Origin: Eledone cirrhosa
Taxonomy: Eukaryota
NCBI GenBank assembly: GCA_964016885.1
Contig: OZ024744.1
Span: forward strand, 58,776,001 to 58,840,000
Direction of reading: 5' to 3'
DNA: 64,000 bases
Under the pieces are notes generated by a model. That model saw only the letters and a program-made list of their open reading frames with translations, made no database searches and was not told where the DNA came from. Positions 1 through 12,470 of this stretch are shown one piece after another. Position 1 is the stretch's first letter; every line of letters starts with the position of its first letter. Made by a program: the position numbers and the translations under genes.

Positions 1-1435
1 AGAATTTAATGAGCGGAAGGTAAATAGGGCGCCGTCTCTATATATCCCTCCGCCTATCCCTGGAATCTCCTCTGCTAGTCTATGGAGTAGATAAATTCCC
101 ACCAAGTCCGTCACCTGTGCGGAGTCGCTCGAGCCCATAGTGATGTCGAAACTGTCGGGTCTATCCCTCGTTTCCTACAGTCTACCGTCAAACCTAATGA
201 GTGTCTTTCTATCAGCTATAATGATGTCTACTTCACCTCTAGTTAAGTTGGACTTGCCATAGCGCTCATGAGGACCTTGTTTACAATTACTGGTGAGATA
301 GACGCGTAGTAATTTGCTATGTCCAGCTGCACAAAGTTCACTTGCTGCTTGTTGGGCAGCGCTGTAAACCAGTCTATTACCTCCTTAGTGGAAGTCCATA
401 AGCTAAGTCTATTTCTATTCATAAGGGTGAGCAGTATCTTATCTATAATATTCTTACTGGCCCTACCTAGGTCGGACTTGAAAGGTGCTATTAGTCTAAC
501 CGGGAGGTTGGTCTTAAAGTCTAATGTATGGTCCTTGGTGAAAATCCGTGGTTTTCTAGGTACGTATTGTTCTGTCCTGTCTGCTACTTCCAGTCCTGTC
601 ATTAAGCTTTTGGTCGTGTAGTTGATTCTGTCAAAGTTGTCCTGACCCTTAATCCTATAAATCATTTTCCGTAGGTTCCGTGGTTCATCCTGTAAATGTT
701 ATCCGTCTTATCCGAAGGTACAAGTAAGTCCGGGCAACTCTCCATGCTTTTAATCTTAGAGCTGAGCTCTTTCAGATACTGGTTTCCGCGTGCTGGATTA
801 CTGTTGAATTTTATGTTCCTTACGATACCTACTAGGCGGTTTTCGAAGGTTTCCAGTGCCCCGTTGTGCGGGGGGCGGGTCGCCTCGACTTGAAAATCCT
901 CCTAAGGCGGTCGCGTGAGATGTCCTGAGTCTGTTGTTTATTCCCGTGGTCGTAGTGGAAGGCGCGCCATCTCATGCGCTTGAAAAATGAGTTGGTGTGG
1001 TGGATGAGTAGGCGAAGGTAGGTGTTGTCCGAAGGTATCGGGATGTCTTTGGACGAGGAAGAGTACTGAAATCTCTCCATGGCAATTCGCTTCAAGCGCT
1101 CGACTTGTGGAGGAGCAAAATAATTGGTGTTGGATGCTTAAAGCATCCGTGTGCAATAGGCCGAATAAGCACTCGATGCTCACATAGAGCAGAGTATGAT
1201 ATCACAGAAAAAAGAGAATCAGTGTTGCGACGAAAGGAATTTATTTAACATATTACAAATGTTTCTCGGGCGATCAGCTTGAGGCACGATCGATATTGTG
1301 ATCATACCTGACTCTGAAATCAACACGGTCGTCAGATATGTCTCGATTCTACGAAGCAGATTTTCCTATAGTTCTTTAACATCGAATTTCTTCGATTATT
1401 GATTTAGATCCTGTTGTTGTCATTCTATGAGTGGT
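1..1435 (-). mobile_element. Penelope-like retroelement, Naiad-type; 5' pLTR plus N-terminal and RT region, disrupted
   Basis: Minus frames give SKDIPIPS...SFFKRMRWRAFHY, KDHTLDFKTNLPVRLIAPFKSDLG...IDWF...QLDIANYYASI and, hand-translated below 243, FDITMGSSDSAQVTDLVGIYLL...GIYRDG. Frameshifts, a TAG, and YRDD changed to YRDG. Ends at a (TA)n(TG)n tract and continues off the left edge. Confidence 0.85.
1247..1342 (-). ncRNA. Type I hammerhead ribozyme motif with long stem II insert, in PLE pLTR
   Basis: Minus strand reads GACATAT-CTGACGA-(~63 nt)-GAAAC-ATTT-GTA-ATATGTT: 7 bp stem I, CUGANGA and GAAA cores, GUA site, followed by AATAAA. Confidence 0.7.
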
Positions 1436-1477
1436 ATATATATATATATATATATATATAACGTGTGTGTGTGCGTG

Positions 1478-1554
<77 letters not shown>
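1435..1554. repeat. (TA)n/(TG)n microsatellite
   Basis: Directly visible. Confidence 0.97.
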
Positions 1555-1557
<3 letters not shown>

Positions 1558-2029
1558 AAAGATTTTGACTAACTAGGGTTGTGCATGCAATACTCCAATC
1601 CGTAAATAATGATGTAATTAAGTTCAAGTATTCAACGTCATTATATCTTTCCAATTCCGATGTGGTAGTACATGACAGACTCTTCTAAGAGCAACATCGA
1701 ATACAAGTCCAACCCCTTATCAATAGCCTGTATTGCATCAGAAATATTACGTAACAACCTTTATTTCTTAATATGCTGTCTGACGAAGTCGTTAGAAATT
1801 TCATGGTGGCAGCATTACACAATTACTAACGCCACAGAAATGTATATTACAGCGGATCATAAATACACGAAATTATGAAAACCTACATATGTACTTCGTA
1901 TTTTCATCATTATTATGTAAAGTTTTCCAAGAGATGGCGAAATGAACAGACCTGCTTTCTCACGAAGCTTGCTTATCTTGACTCAACATGCTTGCTTATC
2001 TTGACTCAACATCAGTCAGTCTTTTGCTA

Positions 2030-4135
2030 GCAAATGCACCAATTTAGTGTTGCGCCTAGACATAGCATACTTAAATCTACTTAGATCACTGTCTTTGCAT
2101 TAGGCCTGAAATAAACTAAGCAGATGTTTTCATAAACACAGTCTTTCAATTTTTAAAACACCTTTTCATGTATATTATTCCATTGCCATCCAGTGTCTTT
2201 CTTGAGTAGTGATCTCAGTGGGGCTGTTCTAGAACTGAGTTATGGTATGAAAGGGCTTAGATATTGAATCATAGCCAGAAATTGCTGAAGTTCTTCACAG
2301 TTTGTAAGTGTAGGATTTATTTTGATTATATCACATTTTTCTGGATCTGGGTGAGAACTATTTTCATCCCAGATAAGACCATAAAATTTGATCTGTTATT
2401 GTCCCATTTTGCACTTGTCTTTGTTGAAAACTAGACCATATCATTTGGTTGTGTCCATTGTCCTTCTCAAGTTCTTATATTTTCTTGGAGGTTGTAGAAC
2501 TGGTGTTACATTTTCAACAATGCGCATTTTTGTGTTTCCCTGGAAAATTTCCAATAACTCTAAATACGTCAAGGTATTCACTTTCAAGGTCTTCTATATT
2601 TCGCAATTATTTCCTTGTGTTTGGTAATATATTACAATTGATTTGCACCAAGCCCAACTTTCTACAAGATCTTAGACCTTATATTGCCATATCATTGTCT
2701 CGCACAAAGAATTTGGCTTGTATGGTGTCGAAATTTTCTGTCTAATACTGAGGAATACGAACCATATTGTGACATCCTGGTTCTATTCACTGTCCATTAG
2801 GTGGTTCGTTCTCTTTTGAGACTTTGTCGGTTTTCCAGTATTTTAATCAATCTTTTGGGGTGCATCTGTTTGTATAGCTTGAGTGGTAGAATATTTCCAT
2901 TGACCCCGGTTTTCATTTTTATTTTGTATTTTCTTTCATAGGAGTCTTTACAATATTTCCATCGTGTTACTGTTATTGACTTTTGTCTTCTTTATTCTCT
3001 ATTTTGTATAGATACAAGTATTCTTGACCTTGGTCTGAATTTTATTCTGATTTGTAAGTGACATTTACATGGAAACACCATGAGCTTGGTTTGTAGTTTC
3101 AGATTTATTGTTTCCGAAGATAGATGGAAGAGTGACATAAGCACGTTGAATCCTGCTCTCGGCCTCTTTGTCAGAGTTACATTGTGTGGAGAGGATACTT
3201 CTTAAGTATTGGAACTGGTCTACTTGTTCTAGTGATGTATTGGAGATTGTGATGTTAAAATCTGGAAGTGTTGAGTTTGGAGCAGATTATGCAAATATTT
3301 AGGTCTTCTAAATGTTGATTGTCAGACCAAAGAGATTATATGCATTTTTCAAGTTGATAATTGATTCCTGCATTTCTTCGGGTGAATGTACCGGCGAATC
3401 ATTGTTGTCAGTGTATTGCAGTTCAGTGATAAGAGTTCAGCTGGTTAGTCTTTATGATCGGAGTCTGGACAGATTGTAGAGTCCATCACTGAAGTGGTAC
3501 TTGATCCCTATACAAAGGTTGATTTGGGTTAGTGGAATTTCGTAAAGCATGGCTGCAAAGTAGAGGGAGAATAAGGTTGGAGCAAGTACATATCTTTGTT
3601 TTAAACCATTTGTGATTGGGAAATTTTCTGATATGTTGTTTTGACATATCATCCATGCCCTCGTGAAGTGCCCGGATGAACGTCATATAACAATCAGGAC
3701 AACTAAATCACTTCAGCACCATCCACATAACTATGTGCGGTACAGTGTCAAAAGTTTTTTTCCGAGATCATAGAAGACAAGCAAAAAAGGATTTCATTGT
3801 TCTCTGTTTTTCCTGCAGGAATCTTTCACAGAAAATCACGTCAATTGTTACTCTGGAGACTCGAAACCCATACTGAGATTCCGGAAACACTTTCTCCGAA
3901 ATGACAAGGAAACGGTTGAGAAGTGTTGTTACGAAGATTTTCCCTAGGGTGAGTTGGGTTATGCCACGGTAGTTTCCGAAAATACTGCGAACTGCCTTCT
4001 TAAAATTGAAACATTTTCAAGATGTTCTTTAAATCTGCAGGTACTAGTTGGGTTTCCGACATTTTCTGGATGAGGTTGAATGGCCTTCGTCTTGAAGACT
4101 GACCACCAAAGTGTTTGAAAAGCTGCTACAATGCG
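2030..4135 (-). mobile_element. RTE-clade LINE, 5'-truncated and decayed
   Basis: Minus frames: FGNYRGI, PESQYGFR, FPITNGLKQRYVLAPTLFSLYFAAML, DGLYNLSRLRS, ELQYTDN; many stops and frameshifts; 3' limit approximate. Confidence 0.8.
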
Positions 4136-4605
4136 GATAGAATATATAAAGATGGAACTGGGGTAAAAAGGATGACAAAACAAAACAAATGAATGTTTTT
4201 ACACTATATATATGTGTTTTGCAAGATTCTTAATGTGAAATTGTATGTTGAAACCGATACTGTTATATTTGGGGATGGTCATGTTGCCTATATGGCCAAT
4301 AGAAAGAAACACATGCACCATATAATTTTCACTTTATCTTTATTGTTCATTATTCACTCACGTAATAGAAGATAGACCCAAACTGAACAGAAAACACTAG
4401 TCGAATAGTAACAACCAGCAACTTAATGACTGAAGACAGAATAAAGACACAAACAAACAAAAAAGACACAAACAGCAAAACAGAAAACGAAAACACACGT
4501 AGACAAGACAAACACAAAAACACATACACACAGACGCATGCGCATAGGCAGACTCAAAACACAAAAAAAACTCACCACAAAACAAACGTTTGTTTTATGG
4601 TGAGC

Positions 4606-4607
<2 letters not shown>

Positions 4608-4675
<68 letters not shown>
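4608..4675. repeat. (GT)n microsatellite
   Basis: Directly visible. Confidence 0.97.
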
Positions 4676-4676
<1 letters not shown>

Positions 4677-5029
4677 ACGTGTTTGTGTGTGTGTGATCAT
4701 ATTTCAAATTGTGAACGATAAACGCAAAAAAACGTGAGAACAGAACAATTCGTTTTTCTGCGTTCATCTGGAACTTTTTAGGCTATGAACTTTTCAGCAC
4801 ACCCTCGTATATACCTATATATAAAATTGACAAAGAAGGTGGTGAGTAATACTTTCAACCAATTGAGGCAAAAATTTATTGAAATCAAGATTTCAACTGT
4901 GGCTGCTATTTTATATCTTTCTAGTTTTCATTGCATGTATCGTCATAACCTAAACCTTACTGATACGATGTTACATGGACTTTACTGATAACCATGTCAC
5001 GTAATACTGTTTACTACCTACGTAATGCT

Positions 5030-5397
5030 AGTATCGGTAAAGGGTCAGACGCCATGCTTTGCGGCATAGTGTTACGGCCTTTACGGTCTGAGTTCAAATC
5101 CCGCCGAAGTTAACTTTGCCTTTCATCCTTACAGAGTCGATAAAATGAAGCACCAGTAATACACTGGGGTAATTTCTGGCCTTGTGCCAAAAGTAGAAAC
5201 AATTATTTTAAATATTCTAAAAGTAGAGGGTCGGACGCCATGCTTTTCAGCATAGAGTTACGGCCCTGTATGGCCTGAGTTCAAATGCCGCCGAGATTAA
5301 CTTTGCCTATCATCCTTACGGGATCGATAAAATAAAGTACCAGTAATGCACTGGGGTAATTGCTGGCCTTGTGCCAAAAGTAGAAACAATTATTTTA
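5030..5397 (+). mobile_element. Two tandem copies of a tRNA-derived SINE (Meta-domain-like; called SINE-A here)
   Basis: B-box GAGTTCAAATCCC, central GCCTTTCATCCTTACGGGGTCGATAAAATAAAGTACCAG-like block and 3' GGCCTTGTGCCAAAAGTAGAAACAATTATT; both copies are followed by TTAAATATTC. Confidence 0.88.
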
Positions 5398-5411
5398 AAT
5401 ATTCCTACATC

Positions 5412-5685
5412 CAGTGCCGCATTTAACGGGAGACAAAGCGGGCAGTGGGGGTCCCACCAGCAGCGGCCGTAGAAATTTATTTGCACCCTCACCCGGGCTT
5501 TTTAGTTTTAGGATGGTTAGAATTTTTTTTATTTAATACCTGTGTGTATAACTTTTCAATTCCAATTATTTGTGCCAAGCTAATATGTAAAATGTGGGAG
5601 AAGGAGTATGCTATTTTTTCGTATATAAGGGACCCCACAAAAACCTGAACTGCCCAGGGCCCCCCAAGGTCTAAATCCAACCCTA
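5412..5685. mobile_element. hAT-type MITE
   Basis: Imperfect TIRs CAGTGCCGCATTTA / TAAATCCAACCCTA with exact 8 bp TSD CCTACATC (5404-5411, 5686-5693). Confidence 0.85.
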
Positions 5686-6239
5686 CCTACATCCGAAACT
5701 TTAAATGTACAGTGAACAGTATGTTACTGATATTGTACGCTGTACTACGTTGGTGTTATTTTCGTAAATACAAACCAACGACAGGTTAAATACCATATGC
5801 GAATATAGGATCAAATTCTAGAAACTGATTCTTGTCGTTTCAGTGTTTTACATATGTTTATGTATATGATTTCACGTGTAACCGGTCACTATAAGGTCAC
5901 CTTTGACCATGGTCAAACAATCGGTTTTTACATGGAACGTAACGTACATCTTCAAAGTTCAAGTCATATATGTTACTCTTTCCTATCCATGGCACCGATG
6001 TTGTCCAAAGAAAAAGCAAATGCCGATATGTGTAACCGAGACTCCACCAGCGTGTACATATATATATACATATCTAATATGTAAGCATGTAAACACACCA
6101 GGAAATACGAAAAAAATCAGATGTGTATATCATTCAATTAAGCACAAAGAAACATGTATTTGATGAGTGTATGAACCCATTCGTTCTTAGTAATATTCTG
6201 AAATGAGCGTGTTAATTTTCATTTCATTAGCACTTACAT

Positions 6240-7095
6240 AGTAAGAAATGTGTGGGCAGCCGAAGTTCTAAAAACTCGAAAACCACCTAACCGATTTTTT
6301 TCAAACTTTACACATGTAATACTTATGGTCGTGTGAGTGTTTTGAGCAAAAGATACTTCAAATTTTCAATGCTCTAGGGACCGCATTAGATAGCTATAAC
6401 GTCGCGCCCTTATAATATCTGTCTGTATGTCTGGCATTACGACATTATGACACTATCTGTGTGTCTATATATGTATATATAGTGTGTGTGTGTATATATA
6501 TATATAGTGTGTGTGTAACGTTTTTCGAAATATTTACTTCTGCGTTCACAGATTGATTTTTTTAGTTTCAGAAAATCCCGTTAAGGGTGAAAGCAGCGAT
6601 TCTTCGCTTAAACTTTAATCTGTTATTTTAATATATATATATAAATATATATATAATTAAATATTCGTGTACAGATATTTTTGCATACACAATAACAAAA
6701 TATAAACAAATGTATTTATTTCACGAGGCTCGATAAGGATAAATATATATCAAATATATAAGAACCCTAAAGCAAATATTGTTATCATTGCTGACGAGGC
6801 AGAAGGGGATATACACGATTGGCTGAAGAAGAACCAGACTGTGTTAGTAGTACGACCAATGGCTGCTATCACACCAACAGCAACAAAAATATCAACAAAA
6901 AAGAGAGGGAACGCAATTACATGCTTTTGAAAAATCTTGATGGAAAATTATTTGCCTATTCACCCAAGGCGACTTCACTTTTTATTAGGACTTCTGCATC
7001 AATTGGTGAACATACGACGAAACTGTTTCAGAAAGGAGGAATAAACATGCCAATCTATGTTTAGAATCGCGAGCAACGCCGGGCCATTCTGCTAG
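6240..7095 (+). mobile_element. Non-autonomous Helitron
   Basis: 3' terminus CGAGCAACGCCGGG...CTAG followed by T; shares this end and the ACCGATTTT..CAAACTT motif with 30380-30808. 5' limit approximate. Confidence 0.65.
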
Positions 7096-7200
7096 TATAT
7101 ATTATATTCCCTATATATGATATTGCCCAAGGGAAATGCAAAGGCCGATGCATCTTGGTACCAGTGTCATCGCAACTGATTTGCACACTATATTATATAC

Positions 7201-8171
7201 CACCTCGAGTGCCTTAAGGCGCTCCCAGCCCTCTACCAAGCGGCAACGGCAATCAGCGGAAACTCCACTTCGACATTCTATAGGGGATTAGTGGAGGATA
7301 AGTGCGACGACGTTCTCAGGGAAACTCTAGGCATCGAGGACAAACTGACCAGTCTGTTCGGGAGGACTTTCCGTCCAGGGCCTATGGATAACTTCCAGAG
7401 GTCTCTGGCCTGGCAGTACTACCGAGGAGCTCTACCAGTTCCAGACAAAATCTACAGGCACGGACGCCCTGGCAGAGATCCTGCCAAAAGGACCTGTCCA
7501 AGATGCGAGCAGGACATCGAAACCGTTCTGCACGCAATTGTTCGGTGCCCAGGGGTGACCGACCTGTGGAATTATGTCGAACAGTTGCTGTCACGTGTGG
7601 GACGCATCCAGTTGTCAGCCGAGTCCATCGTGAGGATCACCCCGCCGCCTTTATTTAAGAACGAAGGAGAGGCGGTTTTCATCTGTCTGGTGGCTATGGC
7701 GAAAGAGGTAATATGGTGGACGAGGTTAAAAGGACTGAAGGCAAACACCTTTCTCGCCGGACAACAACTTATCCCTTCTTTAAGTATCACTTCAGAAAGG
7801 GAGGTGAGGGTGGAGAGAGAGGTGCTACACCCCAGTAAATTTGCTGAAAGGTGGGTAAATGTGGTGAAAATGGCCCGAATGAATGGGCCTTCTCTGTATA
7901 TAAACCTGTAGGTTGAGGAAGATAAACAGAGGGAAGACAGGAACACCTACAAAACGTGTTCTTGGTGTTGTGGGCTGTTCTATCTACGGGGCGTAAAACA
8001 ACCCTGCAGTAACGTCCCGTCCCCCCCCCCCCTATGGGGATTTCAATTGTTATTTTATTATATATAGTTTATTGTTATTTATTAATGTTAAAGTTATTTT
8101 TATGTAAAACCCCCGGCGTCACGTCTTGTAATGTCTCATTTTTGTACGCCCCTGTGGCAAATTAAGAAAGA
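7201..8171 (+). mobile_element. Tx1/L1-clade LINE 3' fragment
   Basis: CCHC knuckle CPRC...ETVLHAIVRCP, stop at 7911, 3' UTR ending CCCTGTGGCAAATTAAGAAAG; possible TSD TATATTATA (7189-7197, 8172-8180). Confidence 0.87.
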
Positions 8172-8394
8172 TATATTATAAACCATATACACACTTTATA
8201 CACCCTATATATGATGCTGTCCAAGTTAAAAGCGAAGACCGATATATATATTTATATATAATTAGAATTTTATTTCTCGCCCTAGCACAGCCGATACATA
8301 AATGTAAGTATACATACCCACATACACACATACACACAAACACACATACACAAATATACATATACATATGTACGTATGGGTTATATCGAACATT

Positions 8395-8589
8395 AATAAT
8401 AATTGGTTCTACTATTGGCACAAGGCCAGCAATTACCCAGTACATTACTGGTACTTTATTTTATCGACCCCGTAAGGATGAAAGGCAAAGTTAACCTCGG
8501 CGGGATTTGAACTCAGAATGGCAAGGGCCGTAACTCTCTGCGTCAAAGCATGGCGTCCGACCCTCTACCGTTACTGCCAATTTACCGTT
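8395..8589 (-). mobile_element. SINE-A, near full length
   Basis: Reverse complement of the SINE-A head, core and (ATT)n tail. Confidence 0.88.
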
Positions 8590-8678
8590 CGACTAGTTTG
8601 TCAACAAACGGCCCGATTTGAAACTGTGCCGAGCCGATGACCATTCGTCATCCGTTTGCTCAACACTGGCATCGAGGA

Positions 8679-8719
8679 ACAATCAACATTTCTGGGTCAT
8701 TACCCGTCATCAGGACTGT
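8679..8719 (-). ncRNA. Minimal type I hammerhead ribozyme motif
   Basis: Minus strand ACAGTC-CTGATGA-CGGGT AATG ACCCA-GAAA-TGTT-GATTGT: 6 bp stem I with one G-U pair, and a GGGT/ACCC stem II. Confidence 0.7.
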
Positions 8720-9384
8720 ATACCTCTGTACCAGTCTGTTGAACGGTTGAAAATATATAGTATTTTCTTAAGTATACAGCGGCTGGGTAATATGTATATA
8801 TGTGTATATATATCATATGTGTGTGTGGGGGGGGGGGGGGGGTAACTATGAGGCTGCATCACATAGGCGGTTCCTCGGGTGTTTTAATCATAGGAGCGTC
8901 AGTGCTATCAACGCTCTATATGTTGTTACAACTCGCAGCTATGGCTTTCTAAGAGTTTCTATCTCTTAAGGGGTTTCTCGGTTACTTTAATGATATGGAA
9001 CCCCAGTTAGACTACTACCATAAAAACTAGCGTGAAACAATATCCGGTCCAGGAATAGAAGCCACCATCTTATTATCGCGAGTCCAACACCATAATCACA
9101 CTAGGCCCCGTGCCTTCGCATTCCTTTAGTATAGGTGCACCTGATTACCTCCTCCTTCTGGTTCAGTGATAATCTTTCATGCGTATCTACACTACAACTA
9201 TTACAAAGGAAATATAATCTAAATAAGCTAATTCACTCAACTGAAACGATTCCTTTAGTATTGTCCACTCAATCCCAACTATCTTGTTCGGTTGGTAAGT
9301 TTAGTACGAAAGTGAATCCTAGTTAGGAGCAGATATTTGTCTGGGTTTTGGCATCTGGTGATTGACAAAAAAAAAATGTTTTAC

Positions 9385-9545
9385 AGGCGCCGGCATGGCT
9401 GTCTGGATTAAGGAGTTCGATTCACAAGCACGTGGTTCAGCCATACTTCTTGGCACCTTGGGCAAGGGTCTCCTTTTATAGACTCGAGTTGATCAATGCT
9501 TTGTGAGTGAAATTTGGTATACGGAAACTATGAAAAAGCCCGTGA
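9385..9545 (+). mobile_element. tRNA-derived SINE, second family, decayed
   Basis: GGCATGGCTG head, GGCACCTTGGGCAAG core, TTGTGAGTGAAATTTGGT..ACGGAAACT tail; related text at 41090-41250 and 46460-46590. Confidence 0.65.
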
Positions 9546-9693
9546 TATATGTGTGTGTGCACGCCTCTATGTGTGTGTGTGCGCGCGCGCGCGTTGTTGT
9601 GTGTGTGTGGTACTTTATACTTGCTAATTGTTAATGTCATATAATGTAGTATGTACGCATATTTAAAATCTAAAATTTTATATTTTTCATTTA

Positions 9694-10613
9694 CTCTCGG
9701 GTCACAAATTATAGAGGGGGTGGTTGGAATAAGTGGGGGCGGTTGGAATATGAGGGGTGTTGGAATATGAGGGGTGTTGGAATATGTGAGGGGGGGAATA
9801 TGTGGGGGGGGATATGTGGCGGGTTGGAATATGTGGGGGCGGTTGGAATAAGTGGGGGCGGTTGGAATATGAGGGGTGTTGGAATATGTGAGGGTGGGGG
9901 GAAATAGGTGGGGGGGGGATATGTGGCGGGTTGGAATATGTGGCGGGTTGGAATATGTGGGGCGGTTGGAATAAGTGGGGGCGGTTGGAATATGTGGGGT
10001 GTTGGAATAAGTGGGGGTTGGAATATGTGGGGGGGGGTATGTGGGGTTGGAATATGTGGGGGGTGGAATATGTGGGATGTTGGAATATGTGGGGGGGGAA
10101 ATATGTGGAGTGTTGGAATATGTGGGGGCGGTTGGAATAAGTGGGGGTTGGAATAAGAGGGGGTGGTGGAATAAGTGGGGGGTTGGAATAATGGGGGGTG
10201 GAATAAGTGGGGAGTTGGAATAAGTGGGGGGGATAAGTGGGGGGATAAGTGGGGGGTTGGAATAAGCGGGAAGCTTTGGAAAATCGGTAATTTTTCTATG
10301 TTGTTTTCGTTGATTGTTTTTAAAAACCAGAATTAGTCATTTAGTTTACATATTGAGATCCTAACCATCTTACTTATGTTATAACGTATGAGATGTTTAG
10401 TAATGTACTTTTGTAGTCATGTATAATGTTTTTTAATGTCTACAGAAAATTAATTGCCGCAGGAATGCTACTACTTAAATTAAAATTTCACCGGAGATGG
10501 ATTAGCAAAATTAATAAGCGAGGGAGGCGGTTGGAATAAAAACGCGCGGGGAGGAGGGTCTGAAAAAATTAATAAGCGGGGTTTGGGGGGGACCTTTATT
10601 CGAAACCCGAGAG
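9694..10613. mobile_element. TA-flanked TIR element (Tc1/mariner-type MITE) with internal G-rich tandem expansion
   Basis: TA|CTCTCGGGT ... ACCCGAGAG|TA; internal (GGAATA[A/T]GTGGGGG..)n at ~9715-10270; homologous copy at 53548-55268. Confidence 0.85.
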
Positions 10614-10763
10614 TATTTGCATTTTAAGTTTCAATGCTTATTATTATCATATTTTTTTTCTTCGTTATGTATATATTTAATCTTTTATAGTTTAATTGTG
10701 CTAGTGAAGTTGACATTATATATGCGTATAAGTTGCAATAGTTAATGTGAAAAAATGTAGATA

Positions 10764-11071
10764 CAGTGTACCGCCCATGTATTCGCGGTTATCCGCGGAA
10801 TTTCCCTTAGAACCTAGCTAATAATTATTCGTGGAAACCACCGCATATTCACGGAATTGTAAATATCTTCCGCAATTTTTTAATGGCTTTTTTCGTTGCA
10901 ATATATATTTTTTCACGCTTTTAAACGCTAAATTATTAATAACAATATACTGTATTTGCCGGCCTATATTTTACTTTATGTTGTTGACGTTTATAGGCAT
11001 TTTTATGGACCACGTCCAATATTCGCGAGTGTTCTAGGAACGTAACCCCTTCGCATACCGGGGGACAACTA
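10764..11071. mobile_element. pogo/Tigger-like MITE
   Basis: TA|CAGTGTACCGCCCATGTATTCGCGG ... CGCATACCGGGGGACAACTA|TA, degenerate TIRs. Confidence 0.6.
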
Positions 11072-11149
11072 TAATACGAAATACGCATTCTCTCCCATAT
11101 ATACATATATACACCAGGTCCAAAAGCAAAAGAACCAAACTCCCACTGT

Positions 11150-11460
11150 CATTGCCTCTGTCTCTCCCACTCTCCCCATCCTTCACTATTGTGAGCAGAT
11201 GGGGATCCACGCGCTGGCCTCCTCGCGGCCCTGGTGGACAGAATAGAGAAGGCGTTTCTCCGGGGGATGGTGAGGGAGACGTGCTGGAAGAGCCATTCCA
11301 ACTCGCGAGGCTCACACCTACGGGTAGTCAACTCTGTGCCGATTCTGGTGAGCATGGAGGTAGTCCTAGGGCCAAGGACACCAGAAGTCTCCATTGCTAC
11401 GGGCTCGACCGTAAACCTGTCGGAGAGCCACTGTTATGTAGTGACCTACATTCTGATGGC
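11150..11460 (-). mobile_element. CRE-like (RLE) non-LTR retrotransposon 3' fragment
   Basis: FTVEPVAMETSGVLGPRT...LEWLFQHVSLTIPRRNAFSIL. Confidence 0.72.
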
Positions 11461-12199
11461 TCTTGAATACATTCTCCATACGTTGTTTGGCTCAGTTCAG
11501 CCAAACGCTATCAGCGTAGGAGAATGTATTTCAACTTCCGGCGAAAGGGAAAAATTCCCGCTTCCCTTCGAAAATCTTGCAGCTCGACACCGCCATCTCT
11601 TGATTTTGTTCAACAAACTTTCCAAAATGTAGCTATCGAACAATTACGGCGGCCGTGGCTTCTAATTTCAGCCATCGGTCTGCGTATTCTTTTACAGCAT
11701 CTTAATTTGTTTTATTTCATTTCTTATGATATGTCTTCACAGCTAACTCAACTTCTCATATTTGTGAATAAATTATATATCAAAAAACGTTGTAATGCCT
11801 TATGATGATATTTGCCACAACATTGCTTTGGACTGCTTCGGTTACTCTCTGTGATACAATACACAAACAATACATTCATAATACATATCTATATCCATAT
11901 ATCTCTCTCTCCTGTTAACTATCACCAACCAACTAACTTCTTCTAAAGATATTTAATTATATTCATATTATATTTCATTATATTCATACCATATTTTTTC
12001 TTTTTCTTCTCTTGTTCTATTGTTACTAGAAACACCCTTCTTTCTCTTTCTCTATTTCAATGAGCGTCTGTGCATATTGTGTTTATCCTAAATACCTTAA
12101 TCTACATTCCAGTTTTCATTTACTTCTGATGATAGTTGTATGATAGTTGTAACTAAAGAGAGGAATGTCACAGCTTTTACTACATTATACATAACAGGT

Positions 12200-12470
12200 A
12201 TATATTTACATATGTATATGCGTGTGTGTATGTATATAGATGTGTGTATTTGTATGTATGTGTGTATGTATGTATATATTTATGTATATATCTATATATT
12301 TACAAATGTTTGTGTGTATGTGTGTAGATGTATGTATTTGTATGTATGTATGCATGTGTGTGTGTTTATGTGTATGTATGTATGCATGTAGGTATGTATG
12401 TGTGTGTGTTTATGTGTATGAATGTGTGTATGTATGTATGTATGTATGTATGTATGTAGGTATGTATGTT
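12200..12470. repeat. Degenerate (TATG)n/(TG)n microsatellite
   Basis: Directly visible. Confidence 0.93.

Noticed and set aside
1967-2012. 23 bp tandem duplication
   Set aside because: Ordinary slippage event with no further structure.
3959-4183. 74 aa minus ORF as a host exon
   Set aside because: Another frame of the same DNA gives RTE RT motifs (GNYRGI).
5030-5210. tRNA genes at SINE heads (here and at other copies)
   Set aside because: A/B boxes run into SINE core and tail; no complete cloverleaf.
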